From positions 1,509-65,508 of the forward strand of contig JACPIA010000009.1 in the NCBI GenBank assembly GCA_016188295.1: a stretch of DNA of 64,000 nt, in the 5' to 3' direction. The position numbers and the translations under genes were made by a program. This DNA comes from Candidatus Vogelbacteria bacterium (GTDB lineage: Bacteria > Patescibacteriota > Minisyncoccia > Phycocordibacterales > XYD1-FULL-46-19). Below are positions 37,848 to 47,203 of the stretch, piece by piece. The notes below the pieces were generated by a model that was given only the letters and a program-made list of their open reading frames with translations, had not been told where the DNA came from and did no database searches. How positions within the stretch are numbered: the stretch's first letter is position 1; each line of letters starts with the position of its first letter.

Positions 37848-38791
37848 AGCGAGAAGTGGCGTACGGAGTATAAGTCATCATCAGGGTCAGTCTCTATCGA
37901 TACCTCGGTTACGGGTAACTTTTCCCCACTTATTACCTCATCTACTGCCGGAGTATTCGCTCCACTTTGAGCCATTAAGGCCAAAATATGACGTAAATCT
38001 ACATCGGAAAAAAAATCAATGGTCACTCGCCCACCCTTATCCTTACGGTCAACTTTAACCCGGGTGCCGAATTTTTCCGTTAATTGCTCCTCGAGCTCAA
38101 TGATTTCCGGTGGAATAAAAGTATCCTTTTTACGGACTTTATCATAAGCAATGCGTCGGGCAATTTGCTCTGATTCACGAACATTAAGCCGTTTAGTCAC
38201 AATTTCATGGAATAAGGCGATTTGCTCCTCTGGTCGATCAATTAGCATTAAAATCGGTCGCGTATGGCCTTCGGTAATTTGACCAGCCATTAAGGCATCA
38301 AGAGCTACTTGCGGTAAAGCAAGCATACGCAGACTATTAGAGACATACTCCCGACTGCGACCAACCCGCTTGGCCACCTCGGTATGTTTGAGTCCAAACT
38401 CATTAACTAATTGATGAAAGGCTTGCGCTCGATCGAGCGGATTGAGATCTTCGCGTTGCAAGTTCTCAATTATTGCCAACTCCAACTTCATCTTATCGGT
38501 TTGTTCGCCAGTCTTAATTACTGCGGGCACCTGATTGATACCGGCAATTTTAGAAGCCCGTAAACGACGCTCCCCAGCAATTAATTCATACTCCACCGAG
38601 AGACCGCCGTCTTCACGCTCAATCTCTTTGCGTGTTACTACTAATGGTTGTAAGACACCGTATTGACGGATCGAGTCGGCCAAGTCACGCAGGCGATCCT
38701 CGTTAAACTCGTGTCGCGGCTGAAAAGGATTGGCTTTAATTTTATCGACTTCGATCCAGAAGATCGAGTCACCACGGTCAATTGGTTCCAT
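37844..38791 (-). CDS. parB: ParB/Spo0J-family protein (no adjacent parA)
   Basis: VLQPLVV...YELIAGERRLRASKIAG (CTP-binding GERRxRA box), HTH segment, C-terminal dimerisation region. Confidence 0.8.
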   Translation of the reverse strand: MEPIDRGDSIFWIEVDKIKANPFQPRHEFNEDRLRDLADSIRQYGVLQPLVVTRKEIEREDGGLSVEYELIAGERRLRASKIAGINQVPAVIKTGEQTDKMKLELAIIENLQREDLNPLDRAQAFHQLVNEFGLKHTEVAKRVGRSREYVSNSLRMLALPQVALDALMAGQITEGHTRPILMLIDRPEEQIALFHEIVTKRLNVRESEQIARRIAYDKVRKKDTFIPPEIIELEEQLTEKFGTRVKVDRKDKGGRVTIDFFSDVDLRHILALMAQSGANTPAVDEVISGEKLPVTEVSIETDPDDDLYSVRHFSL

Positions 38792-38848
38792 TAGCTACAT
38801 TGTAACATGTTTGATTTTAGGCTAAAAATTGTTAAGATAGCAAATATT

Positions 38849-38932
38849 GCCGTGGTGGCGGAATTGGTAGACGCGATGGACTCAAAATCCATTGATCGCA
38901 AGATTGTGAGAGTTCGAGTCTCTCCCGCGGCA
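38849..38932 (+). tRNA. tRNA-Leu (anticodon CAA)
   Basis: Manual fold: acceptor GCCGTGG/CCGCGGC, anticodon loop CTCAAAA, long variable arm, T-arm GAGAG-TTCGAGT-CTCTC. Confidence 0.8.
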
Positions 38933-38940
38933 CTAATAAG

Positions 38941-39789
38941 GTGGAAACTAAACCTAAAATCATCGTAATTGTCGGACCGACCACTACCGGCAAAAGCGCC
39001 TTGGCCATCAAATTGGCCAAGGCTTTAAATAGTGAGATTGTCTCTGCCGACTCACGCCAAGTGTATCAAGGCTTAAATATTGGTAGTGGTAAGGTGACCA
39101 AAAAAGAAATGTCCGGTATCGTCCACCATTTATTGGACATTGCTTCGCCTAAACAACGCTTTACCGTCAGCCGATTTAAACAAGCCGGTAGTAAGGCAAT
39201 TACCCAAATTTTACAGAGTGGTAAAATACCGATCGTTGTGGGCGGCACCGGCTTTTACCTTGACACGTTAGTTAACGGTTTGGTGTTGCCAATAGTTAAA
39301 CCGAATTTAGAGTTGCGTCAATTTTTAAGTAAAAAAACCGTTACTGATTTATACCAACAATTAAAACAACTGGATCCAACTAGAGCGAAGACGATTGACC
39401 AACATAATCCCCAGCGTCTCATCCGGGCAATTGAGATTGCCACCACCTTAGGTAAAGTACCTAAGATCAAAGTGAATCTTAATTATGATCCTCTATTTAT
39501 TGGCCTAGATTATCCGGACGATATTCTAAAACAAAAAATAAATAAGCGTCTCAGAGAGCGCTTAAAACAAGGATTGGTAGCTGAGGTTAAAAAACTCCAC
39601 CAACAAGGTCTGAGTTGGAAACGGCTTGAGGAATTAGGTCTGGAGTATCGTTCGGTAGCCCGTTATCTGCAAGGCAAAATAAATAAGTTAGAATTGGTGA
39701 CTGAATTAGAGTCCGCTATTTGGCATTTTGCTAAGCGCCAACGCACTTGGTTTAAACGAAACAAAGATATTAATTGGCTAATTAGTTAG
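38941..39789 (+). CDS. miaA: tRNA dimethylallyltransferase
   Basis: IIVIVGPTTTGKSALAIKLAKALNSEIVSADSRQVYQGLNIGSGK (P-loop). Confidence 0.9.
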   Translation: METKPKIIVIVGPTTTGKSALAIKLAKALNSEIVSADSRQVYQGLNIGSGKVTKKEMSGIVHHLLDIASPKQRFTVSRFKQAGSKAITQILQSGKIPIVVGGTGFYLDTLVNGLVLPIVKPNLELRQFLSKKTVTDLYQQLKQLDPTRAKTIDQHNPQRLIRAIEIATTLGKVPKIKVNLNYDPLFIGLDYPDDILKQKINKRLRERLKQGLVAEVKKLHQQGLSWKRLEELGLEYRSVARYLQGKINKLELVTELESAIWHFAKRQRTWFKRNKDINWLIS

Positions 39790-40113
39790 CTTATCGAGTG
39801 AGCCACGCAAATCGCTTTTAGCAATCTCCTGCTCCAACTCTCGTACATGCTTAGCTACTACATCGTCAACAGCTTCTTTTTGCTTTTCTTCCAAATCACG
39901 CCAATATTCCTTTTGATGTGTAATAAATCTCTCTAACTCTAACGCTAAATTACCAATCAATTGGTGTTCATTAGTTAAAGCGGTTAGCAAGTGATCAAGA
40001 GTACGCTCCGACATCTCGGCTAAATTATCTAAGATAGCCACCTTAAGCCCTTCAGTTAAAGGCGATACTGCTAATAGTTCCCCAATTTTTTCTGCTTTTT
40101 GTTCGATAGTCAT
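39778..40113 (-). CDS. Small helical hypothetical protein
   Basis: 111-aa ORF, E/K-rich, overlaps the miaA stop. Distal gene behind the 563-aa protein. Confidence 0.35.
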   Translation of the reverse strand: MTIEQKAEKIGELLAVSPLTEGLKVAILDNLAEMSERTLDHLLTALTNEHQLIGNLALELERFITHQKEYWRDLEEKQKEAVDDVVAKHVRELEQEIAKSDLRGSLDKLTN

Positions 40114-40122
40114 AATTTTATT

Positions 40123-41814
40123 TTACATTGTCTCCCAGCCATATTTGACAACATTTTTAACTGCTTTTTTAGTTGTCCAAATACCAGCTTTAATCGCTAC
40201 CTTTTTAAGGGAAATAACTGTCCCGGGCGATAATTGTCGATCTGAGATTTTACCACTGATACCCCACTCTTTAACCCCGATACCATTCTCTTTAGCCGCT
40301 TCTTTAGCTGCTTCTAAAATTTGAGCATCGGTTGGATTGTTCACCCCATGATGAACTAAATAATTTTTAGTGATATTCCAGAGATTGCCATCTGTTAGTA
40401 AGACTTCTTCCTCGATCGATAATTCGGGCAACGATAAAGATTCTGGATCGGCGCGCTTACCGCCCAAAAAGTTACTGACCCAATCTTTGACTTTACCACC
40501 ACTGGGAATATTAGAACTATCAGAAATCGCCGGAACTTCACTGGTACCAACCGCCTGCTTTATGACATGTTTAGCCCCTTGACCAATTGCTGTCTTAACT
40601 TGTCTACCGCCCCACCAAGCGCCAACCTTAACACTACCGACATAAGTTACCACACCGATGGCCACACTGGCCAAAGCGGCCTCAATGCCCGCCGCGACAT
40701 AACGCTTATACCACTCCTGATCTAAATTTTTACGGAAAAGTTGTTGGTGATTGATTAAATCACGAGTCATCTGACTGTGTCGTAAACTCTTAATCGAACC
40801 TCTGATTTCATCCTCGATTTGAATCAAACGTTCAGGCGTCAAAATCAACTGGCCACGAAAATTGGTCTTGCCTAAGAATTTAGTCTGAACTTCATTTAAC
40901 GATTGAGATACAATCCGGTCTTCAAACGCCTGATTAGTTTGAATCTTTTCGCTCGAGACTAATTGCGATGTCGCTTCGTATTGGTCGGCAGTAATGAAAT
41001 CACCTTCGTTCAAAGTTTTTAGAATACTATTCATTCGCTCGGCTTCGTGCTGGGCCTCATCATGGGATAATCGTCCCGATTCTTGGCGAATAGAGGCAGA
41101 TTGATTACTAAGATCCTGAGCCAACTCGCTCGTCTTAGTCCTAAAACCTTCAGCCTGATGCACCTCCCAAAAACCAAAAGTGCTTAAGCCCTTGATCCGC
41201 TCCCGAGCAAAACGCCAAGCATTAACCGCTTTCTCGGTAATGAGGATTTTGCCTAAATCTACACCAGCCTCCTTAAAACGTCGCCAAGCTAATTGTTGGG
41301 CTGTTTCGCCAGCAAGTTTAGGGGGTTTCGATTCGTCTTCCGGCGTCCAGCCAAGTTCTAACCCAGTTTCATTGTCTTTCGCTTCCTCACTTATTGATAA
41401 TTCACTATCTCCAGACTCGTCTTCTAATCTAGGACCTAAGATTAGACCGCTATCCTCCGCCTCGTCTGATATCGATTCCGCGACCGATTCTCCGGTTGGC
41501 AAATTCTCCGGTGGTGGACTTTGTCTAGCCATCTCAGCCAATTGTTGTTGCCAAGCTAATTCTTCTGCTTTTGCTTTTTCTCCTGCTTCTGCTTTCGCTT
41601 TCGCTAATTTTCTTTGTTGGGCCTGCTCTTTTTGAGTTAATACTTCGGTCTCACGATAAATTAGACCTGCCTTATTTTTAGAACTACCAGTAAAACCAAA
41701 TCTTCTAGCCTTATCTTGGTCACCTTGATCAAATCGAGGTGGTCCAGCTTTTGTTTTTCCCACAAACCTTGATTTTGGTTTTGGTCCTAACCTTGGCTTT
41801 TCAAACTTACGCAT
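40123..41814 (-). CDS. Large hypothetical protein with basic K/A-rich N-terminal region and one TM helix
   Basis: Start moved to MRKFEKPRLG (41814). The longer ORF to 41976 would overlap tRNA-Trp. KAKAEAGEKAKAEE repeats, TM VAAGIEAALASVAIGVVTYVGSV. Confidence 0.45.
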   Translation of the reverse strand: MRKFEKPRLGPKPKSRFVGKTKAGPPRFDQGDQDKARRFGFTGSSKNKAGLIYRETEVLTQKEQAQQRKLAKAKAEAGEKAKAEELAWQQQLAEMARQSPPPENLPTGESVAESISDEAEDSGLILGPRLEDESGDSELSISEEAKDNETGLELGWTPEDESKPPKLAGETAQQLAWRRFKEAGVDLGKILITEKAVNAWRFARERIKGLSTFGFWEVHQAEGFRTKTSELAQDLSNQSASIRQESGRLSHDEAQHEAERMNSILKTLNEGDFITADQYEATSQLVSSEKIQTNQAFEDRIVSQSLNEVQTKFLGKTNFRGQLILTPERLIQIEDEIRGSIKSLRHSQMTRDLINHQQLFRKNLDQEWYKRYVAAGIEAALASVAIGVVTYVGSVKVGAWWGGRQVKTAIGQGAKHVIKQAVGTSEVPAISDSSNIPSGGKVKDWVSNFLGGKRADPESLSLPELSIEEEVLLTDGNLWNITKNYLVHHGVNNPTDAQILEAAKEAAKENGIGVKEWGISGKISDRQLSPGTVISLKKVAIKAGIWTTKKAVKNVVKYGWETM

Positions 41815-41846
41815 ATTTTTGCTTTTTATTATACCACAATAATAAG

Positions 41847-41918
41847 CGGGCCCACCCCGACTCGAACGGGGAACGACGGTTTTGGAGACCGCTGTTTTAC
41901 CATTGAAACTATGGACCC
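41847..41918 (-). tRNA. tRNA-Trp (anticodon CCA)
   Basis: Manual fold: acceptor GGGTCCA/TGGGCCC, anticodon stem GCGGT/ACCGT, loop CTCCAAA, T-arm CCCCG-TTCGAGT-CGGGG. Confidence 0.75.
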
Positions 41919-41938
41919 AGACAAAGTTAGTATGACAC

Positions 41939-41968
41939 AAAAATAGGCTGTCCTCCAGCCTATTTTTT
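41939..41968. terminator. Bidirectional intrinsic terminator (A5-TAGGCTG-tcctc-CAGCCTA-T6)
   Basis: Hairpin flanked by an A-run and a T-run. Overlaps the rpmG stop codon. Confidence 0.45.
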
Positions 41969-42118
41969 CGACTCATTATGGGTAGTTTGCTTGCGACACC
42001 ATCTGCAGTATTTTTTAAGCTCGATTTTACGCTCCACCCCTTTGCGATTTTTACGGCTCCAGTAATTGGTCCGCTTACAGGTTTTGCAGACTAGCTTGAT
42101 TAGATTATCTTGCGACAT
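41960..42118 (-). CDS. rpmG: 50S ribosomal protein L33 (C4 zinc-ribbon type)
   Basis: Own translation: MSQDNLIKLVCKTCKRTNYWSRKNRKGVERKIELKKYCRWCRKQTTHNESKK. Matches L33 (C-x2-C...KYC-x2-C). Too short for the ORF track. Confidence 0.8.
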   Translation of the reverse strand: MSQDNLIKLVCKTCKRTNYWSRKNRKGVERKIELKKYCRWCRKQTTHNESKK

Positions 42119-42238
42119 ATATAGTTATTTATTAGATACTCGACTACTATACCTTATCACTTCTAAAAAAACAATATTCAAAATAAAAAGTCCCGACCAC
42201 CTCAACTTTAGGCGACCGGGACCAAGATTAACTAAAAA

Positions 42239-43276
42239 TTAATAGCGACTAGCCCAGAGATTAAATTCCTGAAGCTCGTCACCTAAGACAGTGATAACCA
42301 CTTTGTCGTGGCCGGCTGGCAAGGAAACCCAACTTTGCCCCGACGAGACATTGGTCGCAACAAGCGGCCCATCACCTGTCTCGGTCCATAACCGAATCTC
42401 TAATTGCAGATATGGCTCGGTTGAGAGGAATAAATTTCTCCCCCCTAGTCGAGCCCAATAGACCTTAGCTGGCAATAGGACGCCATTCCGTTCCACCATT
42501 CCGGTGACTTCCTGATGATAGTAAGAAACATTATCAGTAGTTGGTTCAGGAAACAAATCACTGACTTGACCAACTAAAGATATACTGATCAGTGACTCTG
42601 TGGCTGGCGCAGGATTAGTGATCATGCCCACTTGGTACCGTTCGCCAGTACGAGCATTACTGATCTCATACCGTTGGTTTGGCGTCAATGGATCATACCA
42701 GACATCAAAACCGTGTTGGTAGTCATCATAGAAGTAAGTCCCGCCATTAAAACGGAGCACTATTTCGGACCCAGACACATCAACAGGTGGCTCGTAAGCC
42801 ACAAATTGATTTTGCCATGCAGGCTGTAACTGAATGATCAACGGATCGCCCGGTGCCAGTACTTCTACCTCTGGCATCTGGCCGTAGGCGACGAAATCCC
42901 AACCTTTATCATAAGCATAGAGATTGAGATTAAACTTAGTGGCTATCCCCAGACTATTGGTCGGCAGACCCGATAACGGCTCGTCTTTAAGATCAACCAC
43001 GATAACCGGCGGTTGCTTATCGACTGTCACCTCAAGGTAAGACACTTCGAGATTGTTGTTGAGTTGGAAGTAGCCGTGAACATATTGCCTGTTTCCGTTG
43101 TCGAACAATCGGCCGAAAGAAAAATCACCGGCATATTGAGTGATAACGCCATGCGTCAGAAAGGCGTTAGCCGCTCGCTCACTGTTAACCATAGATACCG
43201 ACTCTTGAGTAGATGCTTGAGCCGAAATGATCAACATCATTACCATCGTTACCATCATTTTCAATAGCTTCATCAC
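42239..43276 (-). CDS. Secreted hypothetical protein
   Basis: Signal peptide MMKLLKMMVTMVMMLIISAQA, then 320 aa of beta-rich sequence with no motif I recognise. Confidence 0.5.
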   Translation of the reverse strand: MMKLLKMMVTMVMMLIISAQASTQESVSMVNSERAANAFLTHGVITQYAGDFSFGRLFDNGNRQYVHGYFQLNNNLEVSYLEVTVDKQPPVIVVDLKDEPLSGLPTNSLGIATKFNLNLYAYDKGWDFVAYGQMPEVEVLAPGDPLIIQLQPAWQNQFVAYEPPVDVSGSEIVLRFNGGTYFYDDYQHGFDVWYDPLTPNQRYEISNARTGERYQVGMITNPAPATESLISISLVGQVSDLFPEPTTDNVSYYHQEVTGMVERNGVLLPAKVYWARLGGRNLFLSTEPYLQLEIRLWTETGDGPLVATNVSSGQSWVSLPAGHDKVVITVLGDELQEFNLWASRY

Positions 43277-43479
43277 TATTCTCCTGTGGTCACCAAACGA
43301 TGAGTCGTGGTAAGGCTAAAACCAACAGCCGCCAATTTACTGACCCGTTCTGGCACGACTGGCGCCGGAACGGTTAAAACATTGATCGTCGCGGTCGGTG
43401 TCAAATCGGGCTGAAAAAATCGGCCCCAAACAAATACCATCAAAAACATCGTTAAACCACCAACCAGCCACCATTTCAT
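43276..43479 (-). CDS. Small membrane protein
   Basis: 67 aa, one TM. Stop overlaps the downstream gene's start (ATGA). Confidence 0.35.
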   Translation of the reverse strand: MKWWLVGGLTMFLMVFVWGRFFQPDLTPTATINVLTVPAPVVPERVSKLAAVGFSLTTTHRLVTTGE

Positions 43480-43591
43480 AATTTCATTCTCCTTAATTTA
43501 CAAGGCACTAACTGAAAATAGGCCCCATGACCTATTAACCGTACTGTCTTAGAGTATAGCAAATAGTTGACGATATGTCAAGGTATAAGGT

Positions 43592-43643
43592 GCTACATTA
43601 CCAGCTTCGGAGGCCGGCGTTCTATCCATTGAACTACAAGAGC
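43592..43643 (-). pseudogene. Truncated tRNA-like fragment: 5' two-thirds of a tRNA with a CCG (Arg-type) anticodon, no T-arm
   Basis: Minus-strand read GCTCTTG-TA-GTTC-AATGGATA-GAAC-G-CCGGC-CTCCGAA-GCTGG folds as acceptor-5', D-arm and anticodon arm. No T-stem or acceptor-3' complement follows. Confidence 0.3.
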
Positions 43644-43700
43644 AAATTAAACACGTCCTTGATCATCTTGACCAGGGACGTGCGTTATAGCATTAAATCT

Positions 43701-44369
43701 CTATGCGACTAGACGGCCAAAACAAAGCCCAGAGGCTTGTCGTTGCCTTGCTTTACAAAAAGCTTGTCGGGCCGGCTCATTAAGATGACTTAACTTCTCC
43801 GGCAAAGGATGGTCATATGGACCGCAGAATTCCGTACGAGAGTTCCAATACACTCGATTAGCCTCAATTACCAAATAATGTTGCGTAATAGCGATATTTG
43901 ATCGTGAGGTGATTGCTGATCGTCTAGCACCAAGTCGAGGAGCAATCGCTACTCGGACATACGGAACTCTGGCATTGAGATAAAAATGTCCGCTGATCGG
44001 CAACTCCTCGATATCAACTGACGGGATCAGGGGTTTAGACAAGGCATCCAATGGGTGACCAGTGGTGTCACAAACTACCACCGCCTCACCTAACATAAAT
44101 TGTCCACCGCCATATTCCATCTCCCAAACAAAAAAATCGACCTCATGACGAATGATTGGCGGGATGTTAAAAATACACCCACCGCTACTAGGTTTTAACA
44201 ACACCACGGCAAATCTTTTTCCGGCTCCAACCGAATAACCTCCCGCTATTAAAGCTCCGATGATTGATTTTTTTTTGGGAAATCTGGCTAGTACCACTGT
44301 CCGACCCTCCAGCTTAAAGACCAAAATTAACCAACTTCTATCATAACACCAGACTAATTGATTCCACAA
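43701..44369 (-). CDS. Hypothetical 222-aa protein between tRNA-Tyr and the tRNA-like fragment
   Basis: ORF with no motif I can assign. Gly-rich P-loop-like segment GALIAGGYSVGAGKRF. Followed by a 10-bp hairpin (43655-43686). Confidence 0.45.
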   Translation of the reverse strand: MWNQLVWCYDRSWLILVFKLEGRTVVLARFPKKKSIIGALIAGGYSVGAGKRFAVVLLKPSSGGCIFNIPPIIRHEVDFFVWEMEYGGGQFMLGEAVVVCDTTGHPLDALSKPLIPSVDIEELPISGHFYLNARVPYVRVAIAPRLGARRSAITSRSNIAITQHYLVIEANRVYWNSRTEFCGPYDHPLPEKLSHLNEPARQAFCKARQRQASGLCFGRLVA

Positions 44370-44411
44370 GGGATTTGATTGTGCCTACCCTATCAAGTTC
44401 GATTTCCTTAC

Positions 44412-44497
44412 TGGTGCGCCGGGTTGGATTCGAACCAACGTAGCCCGAAGGCGACAGATTTACAGTCTGTTGTAATTGACCACTCTACCACCGACGC
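44412..44497 (-). tRNA. tRNA-Tyr (anticodon GTA), CCA encoded
   Basis: Manual fold: acceptor GCGTCGG/CCGGCGC, anticodon stem ACAGA/TCTGT, loop CTGTAAA, long variable arm, T-arm GTTGG-TTCGAAT-CCAAC, 3' CCA. Confidence 0.8.
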
Positions 44498-44507
44498 ATG
44501 TCCACGA

Positions 44508-47183
44508 TTATGCCACAGCGTGCGTGGTTTTGCCACGACGCTTAGGTTTAAAGCTTTTTTGGAGCTCTAGGTGAGGTACGCCATCTTTAATCGTCACCAA
44601 CACTTCCCCACCCCCTTCTACCTTGCGGGCAATAATAAACTCGGCAATCGGATTAAGTAGTTTGGTCTGAATTAGACGTTTAAGCGGCCGAGCGCCATAC
44701 TCCGGCGTATAGCCCTCGCGAGTCAAGTAAGGTAACACCTCTGGTGCAATTTTAAGCGCGATCCCTTTTTTAACCAAACGTTCACCAACCAGTGACAACT
44801 GGAGCGAAACAATCTCTTGAATTATCTCTGATGATAACGGATTAAAAATAATGATGTCATCTAAACGATTTAAGAACTCGGGACGGAAATAATTTTTAAG
44901 TGAATCACTGATCCGCTCTTTAACTTCGTCAAAGTTGGTCGTCTTTTCATCACCGACTCCAAAGCCCATTTTTTGGAATTTGGTAATAAATTCACTGCCA
45001 ATATTGGAGGTCAAGATAATAATCGTATTTTTAAAGTTAACCACTCGACCCTTAGAGTCGGTTAAACGCCCATTATCTAGCACTTGTAAGAGCAAGTTAA
45101 AAATCTCAGGATGGGCCTTCTCGATCTCGTCGAACAAGAGCACCGAGTATGGCCGATGTCTCACTAACTCCGTAAGTGAACCGCCCTCCTCATAGCCCAC
45201 ATAACCCGGCGGAGAGCCGATTAATTTAGACACCGAATGGCGTTCCATATACTCGGACATATCCACCCGGATGAGTGACTTTTCATCATTAAAAATAAAT
45301 TGAGCTAAAGTTTTAGCCAACTCTGTTTTACCAACTCCGGTAGGGCCGAGAAAAATAAATGAGCCAATTGGTCGATTAGGATCGGCAATCCCGGCGCGCG
45401 AGCGGCGTACAGCATCACTGATTTTTTTAATCGCCTCATCTTGGCCGCGGACCCTCTGATGCAACTCACTTTCTAGTACCAACAATTTTTTAGACTCCTC
45501 CTCTAGCATTTTAGTCACCGGGATACCGGTCCAGCGCGCCACCACTTTAGCGATCTCTTCATCCGTTACCTCCTCTTTTAAAATTTTGCGGGCACTTTGC
45601 AACTTTTTAAGCCTAGCGTCTTTAGCCCGCAACTGCTTTTCTAAATCAGGAATCCGACCATAACGGATCTCGGCCGCTCGCGAAAGATCAGCTTTAGCCT
45701 CCGCTTGAGTCGCCTCTAAACGAGCAATCTCTAAGCCAGCTTTGACTGCTCGGATCTCGGTAATAATCTGTTTTTCATTCTTCCATTTGAGCTCTAGCTC
45801 ACTGGTCTTCTCTTTCAAATCACCAATTTCTTTTTCGATTTTTTTAATTCTAGACTTACTACTTTTATCGTCATTTAAATCAACTTCTTTTTTAAGGGCT
45901 TCCCGCTCCACCTCTAAGCGCATAATTTTACGCTCGGATTCCTCAAGCAGACTCGGTTTATTCTCTAATTGTAGACGGAGCGCCGAGGCGGCTTCATCAA
46001 TCAGATCAATCGCTTTGTCCGGCAAGAAGCGATCGGTAATGTAACGGCTCGAGAGGTTAACCGCCGCAATAATCGCATCATCAGTAATATGTACCCCATG
46101 ATGAAGTTCATATTTTTCTTTTAAGCCGCGCAAAATAGTGACGGCATCATCTACTGTCGGCTCCTCCACAATTACTGGCTGAAAGCGTCGCGTTAACGCC
46201 TGATCACGCTCGATGTATTTTTGATACTCTTTAATAGTAGTGGCACCAATGGCCCGCAAAGTGCCTCGCGCCAAAGCTGGCTTAAGCATATTAGAGGCAT
46301 CAATCGCTCCCTCGGCTGCCCCAGCTCCCACAATAGTGTGGAGTTCATCGATAAATAAAATTACTTTATCCTCCGATTTTTCAATCTCCTTCATAATATT
46401 TTTGAGCCGTTCCTCAAACTCACCACGATACTTGGTGCCAGCCAACAACATCCCCAAATCAAGTGAGACTAATTCTTTATCTCGAAGCGATTCAGGCACA
46501 TCACCCTTAGCAATGCGAATAGCAAGCCCCTCAACTATGGCCGTTTTACCAGTACCAGCCTCACCAATTAACACTGGATTATTCTTAGTCCGGCGCGATA
46601 AAATTTCCATCACTCGACGAATTTCATTCTCGCGACCAATTACCGGATCAAGCTTATCATTTCGCGCCAAAGTAGTTAAACTGCGAGTATATTTTTCTAA
46701 AGCTCTAAATTTAGGTGAGTCATCAATAGTACCTTGACCGGAACGGAGATCCTCCAACACTCGCAAGACATTAGTTTGATCAACTCGAAAACGAGTCAAG
46801 ATCTCCTTAGCGCCACTTGGTGTATCGAGTAAAGCCAACAATAAATGCTCGGTCGAAACAAACTCGTCCGCTAAATTGCCGGCCATTTTAGCGGAGCTAT
46901 CAAAAATTTTGACTAACTCGGGGGTTAAATAAATTTGGTACGACGGCGCCACCACTTGACCACTATCACCACTATCAATGTGCTCCAGTAAATGATCAGT
47001 CAGCATTGTCGTGTCAATCTCTAGTCTATCTAAAATAGAAATAACCATACTCTCTTCTTGTAAGAGCAGAGCGGCCAAAAGATGTAGCGGATTAACCTGA
47101 TTTTGGCCACGTTCTAGCGCCAACTCATGAGCTTTGCGGATGGCCTCACGGGCCTTCGTGGTGAAGTTTTGAAAAGGTAACAT
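44508..47183 (-). CDS. clpB: ClpB-type AAA+ disaggregase (Clp_N repeats, two AAA modules, long M-domain)
   Basis: [15 protein letters not shown] and [15 protein letters not shown] Walker A boxes, coiled-coil middle domain, 891 aa. Confidence 0.9.
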   Translation of the reverse strand: MLPFQNFTTKAREAIRKAHELALERGQNQVNPLHLLAALLLQEESMVISILDRLEIDTTMLTDHLLEHIDSGDSGQVVAPSYQIYLTPELVKIFDSSAKMAGNLADEFVSTEHLLLALLDTPSGAKEILTRFRVDQTNVLRVLEDLRSGQGTIDDSPKFRALEKYTRSLTTLARNDKLDPVIGRENEIRRVMEILSRRTKNNPVLIGEAGTGKTAIVEGLAIRIAKGDVPESLRDKELVSLDLGMLLAGTKYRGEFEERLKNIMKEIEKSEDKVILFIDELHTIVGAGAAEGAIDASNMLKPALARGTLRAIGATTIKEYQKYIERDQALTRRFQPVIVEEPTVDDAVTILRGLKEKYELHHGVHITDDAIIAAVNLSSRYITDRFLPDKAIDLIDEAASALRLQLENKPSLLEESERKIMRLEVEREALKKEVDLNDDKSSKSRIKKIEKEIGDLKEKTSELELKWKNEKQIITEIRAVKAGLEIARLEATQAEAKADLSRAAEIRYGRIPDLEKQLRAKDARLKKLQSARKILKEEVTDEEIAKVVARWTGIPVTKMLEEESKKLLVLESELHQRVRGQDEAIKKISDAVRRSRAGIADPNRPIGSFIFLGPTGVGKTELAKTLAQFIFNDEKSLIRVDMSEYMERHSVSKLIGSPPGYVGYEEGGSLTELVRHRPYSVLLFDEIEKAHPEIFNLLLQVLDNGRLTDSKGRVVNFKNTIIILTSNIGSEFITKFQKMGFGVGDEKTTNFDEVKERISDSLKNYFRPEFLNRLDDIIIFNPLSSEIIQEIVSLQLSLVGERLVKKGIALKIAPEVLPYLTREGYTPEYGARPLKRLIQTKLLNPIAEFIIARKVEGGGEVLVTIKDGVPHLELQKSFKPKRRGKTTHAVA

Positions 47184-47203
47184 ACTCTATTATTTTACAA
47201 CTT

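Noticed and set aside
38832-39020. ORF 38832..39020 (-) 62 aa
   Set aside because: It lies antisense across tRNA-Leu(CAA) and the start of miaA.
41815-41976. N-terminal 54 codons of ORF 40123..41976
   Set aside because: This portion is antisense to tRNA-Trp (41847-41918). The start was repositioned to the internal Met at 41814.
43655-43686. Hairpin CACGTCCTTG-atcatctt-CAGGGACGTG considered as a standalone regulatory or ncRNA element
   Set aside because: It is most simply the intrinsic terminator of the 222-aa ORF on the minus strand (a T-rich tract follows on that strand). It is mentioned only within the integration-scar finding.
44379-44570. ORF 44379..44570 (+) 63 aa
   Set aside because: It overlaps tRNA-Tyr on the opposite strand and the clpB 3' end. 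The translation includes the tRNA-antisense string (CAGLDSNQRSP).
45742-46737. Plus-strand ORFs 45742..46044 and 46240..46737 (Ser-rich)
   Set aside because: They are antisense to clpB. The Ser/Leu-rich translations are typical of the reverse strand of an E/K-rich coiled-coil coding region.
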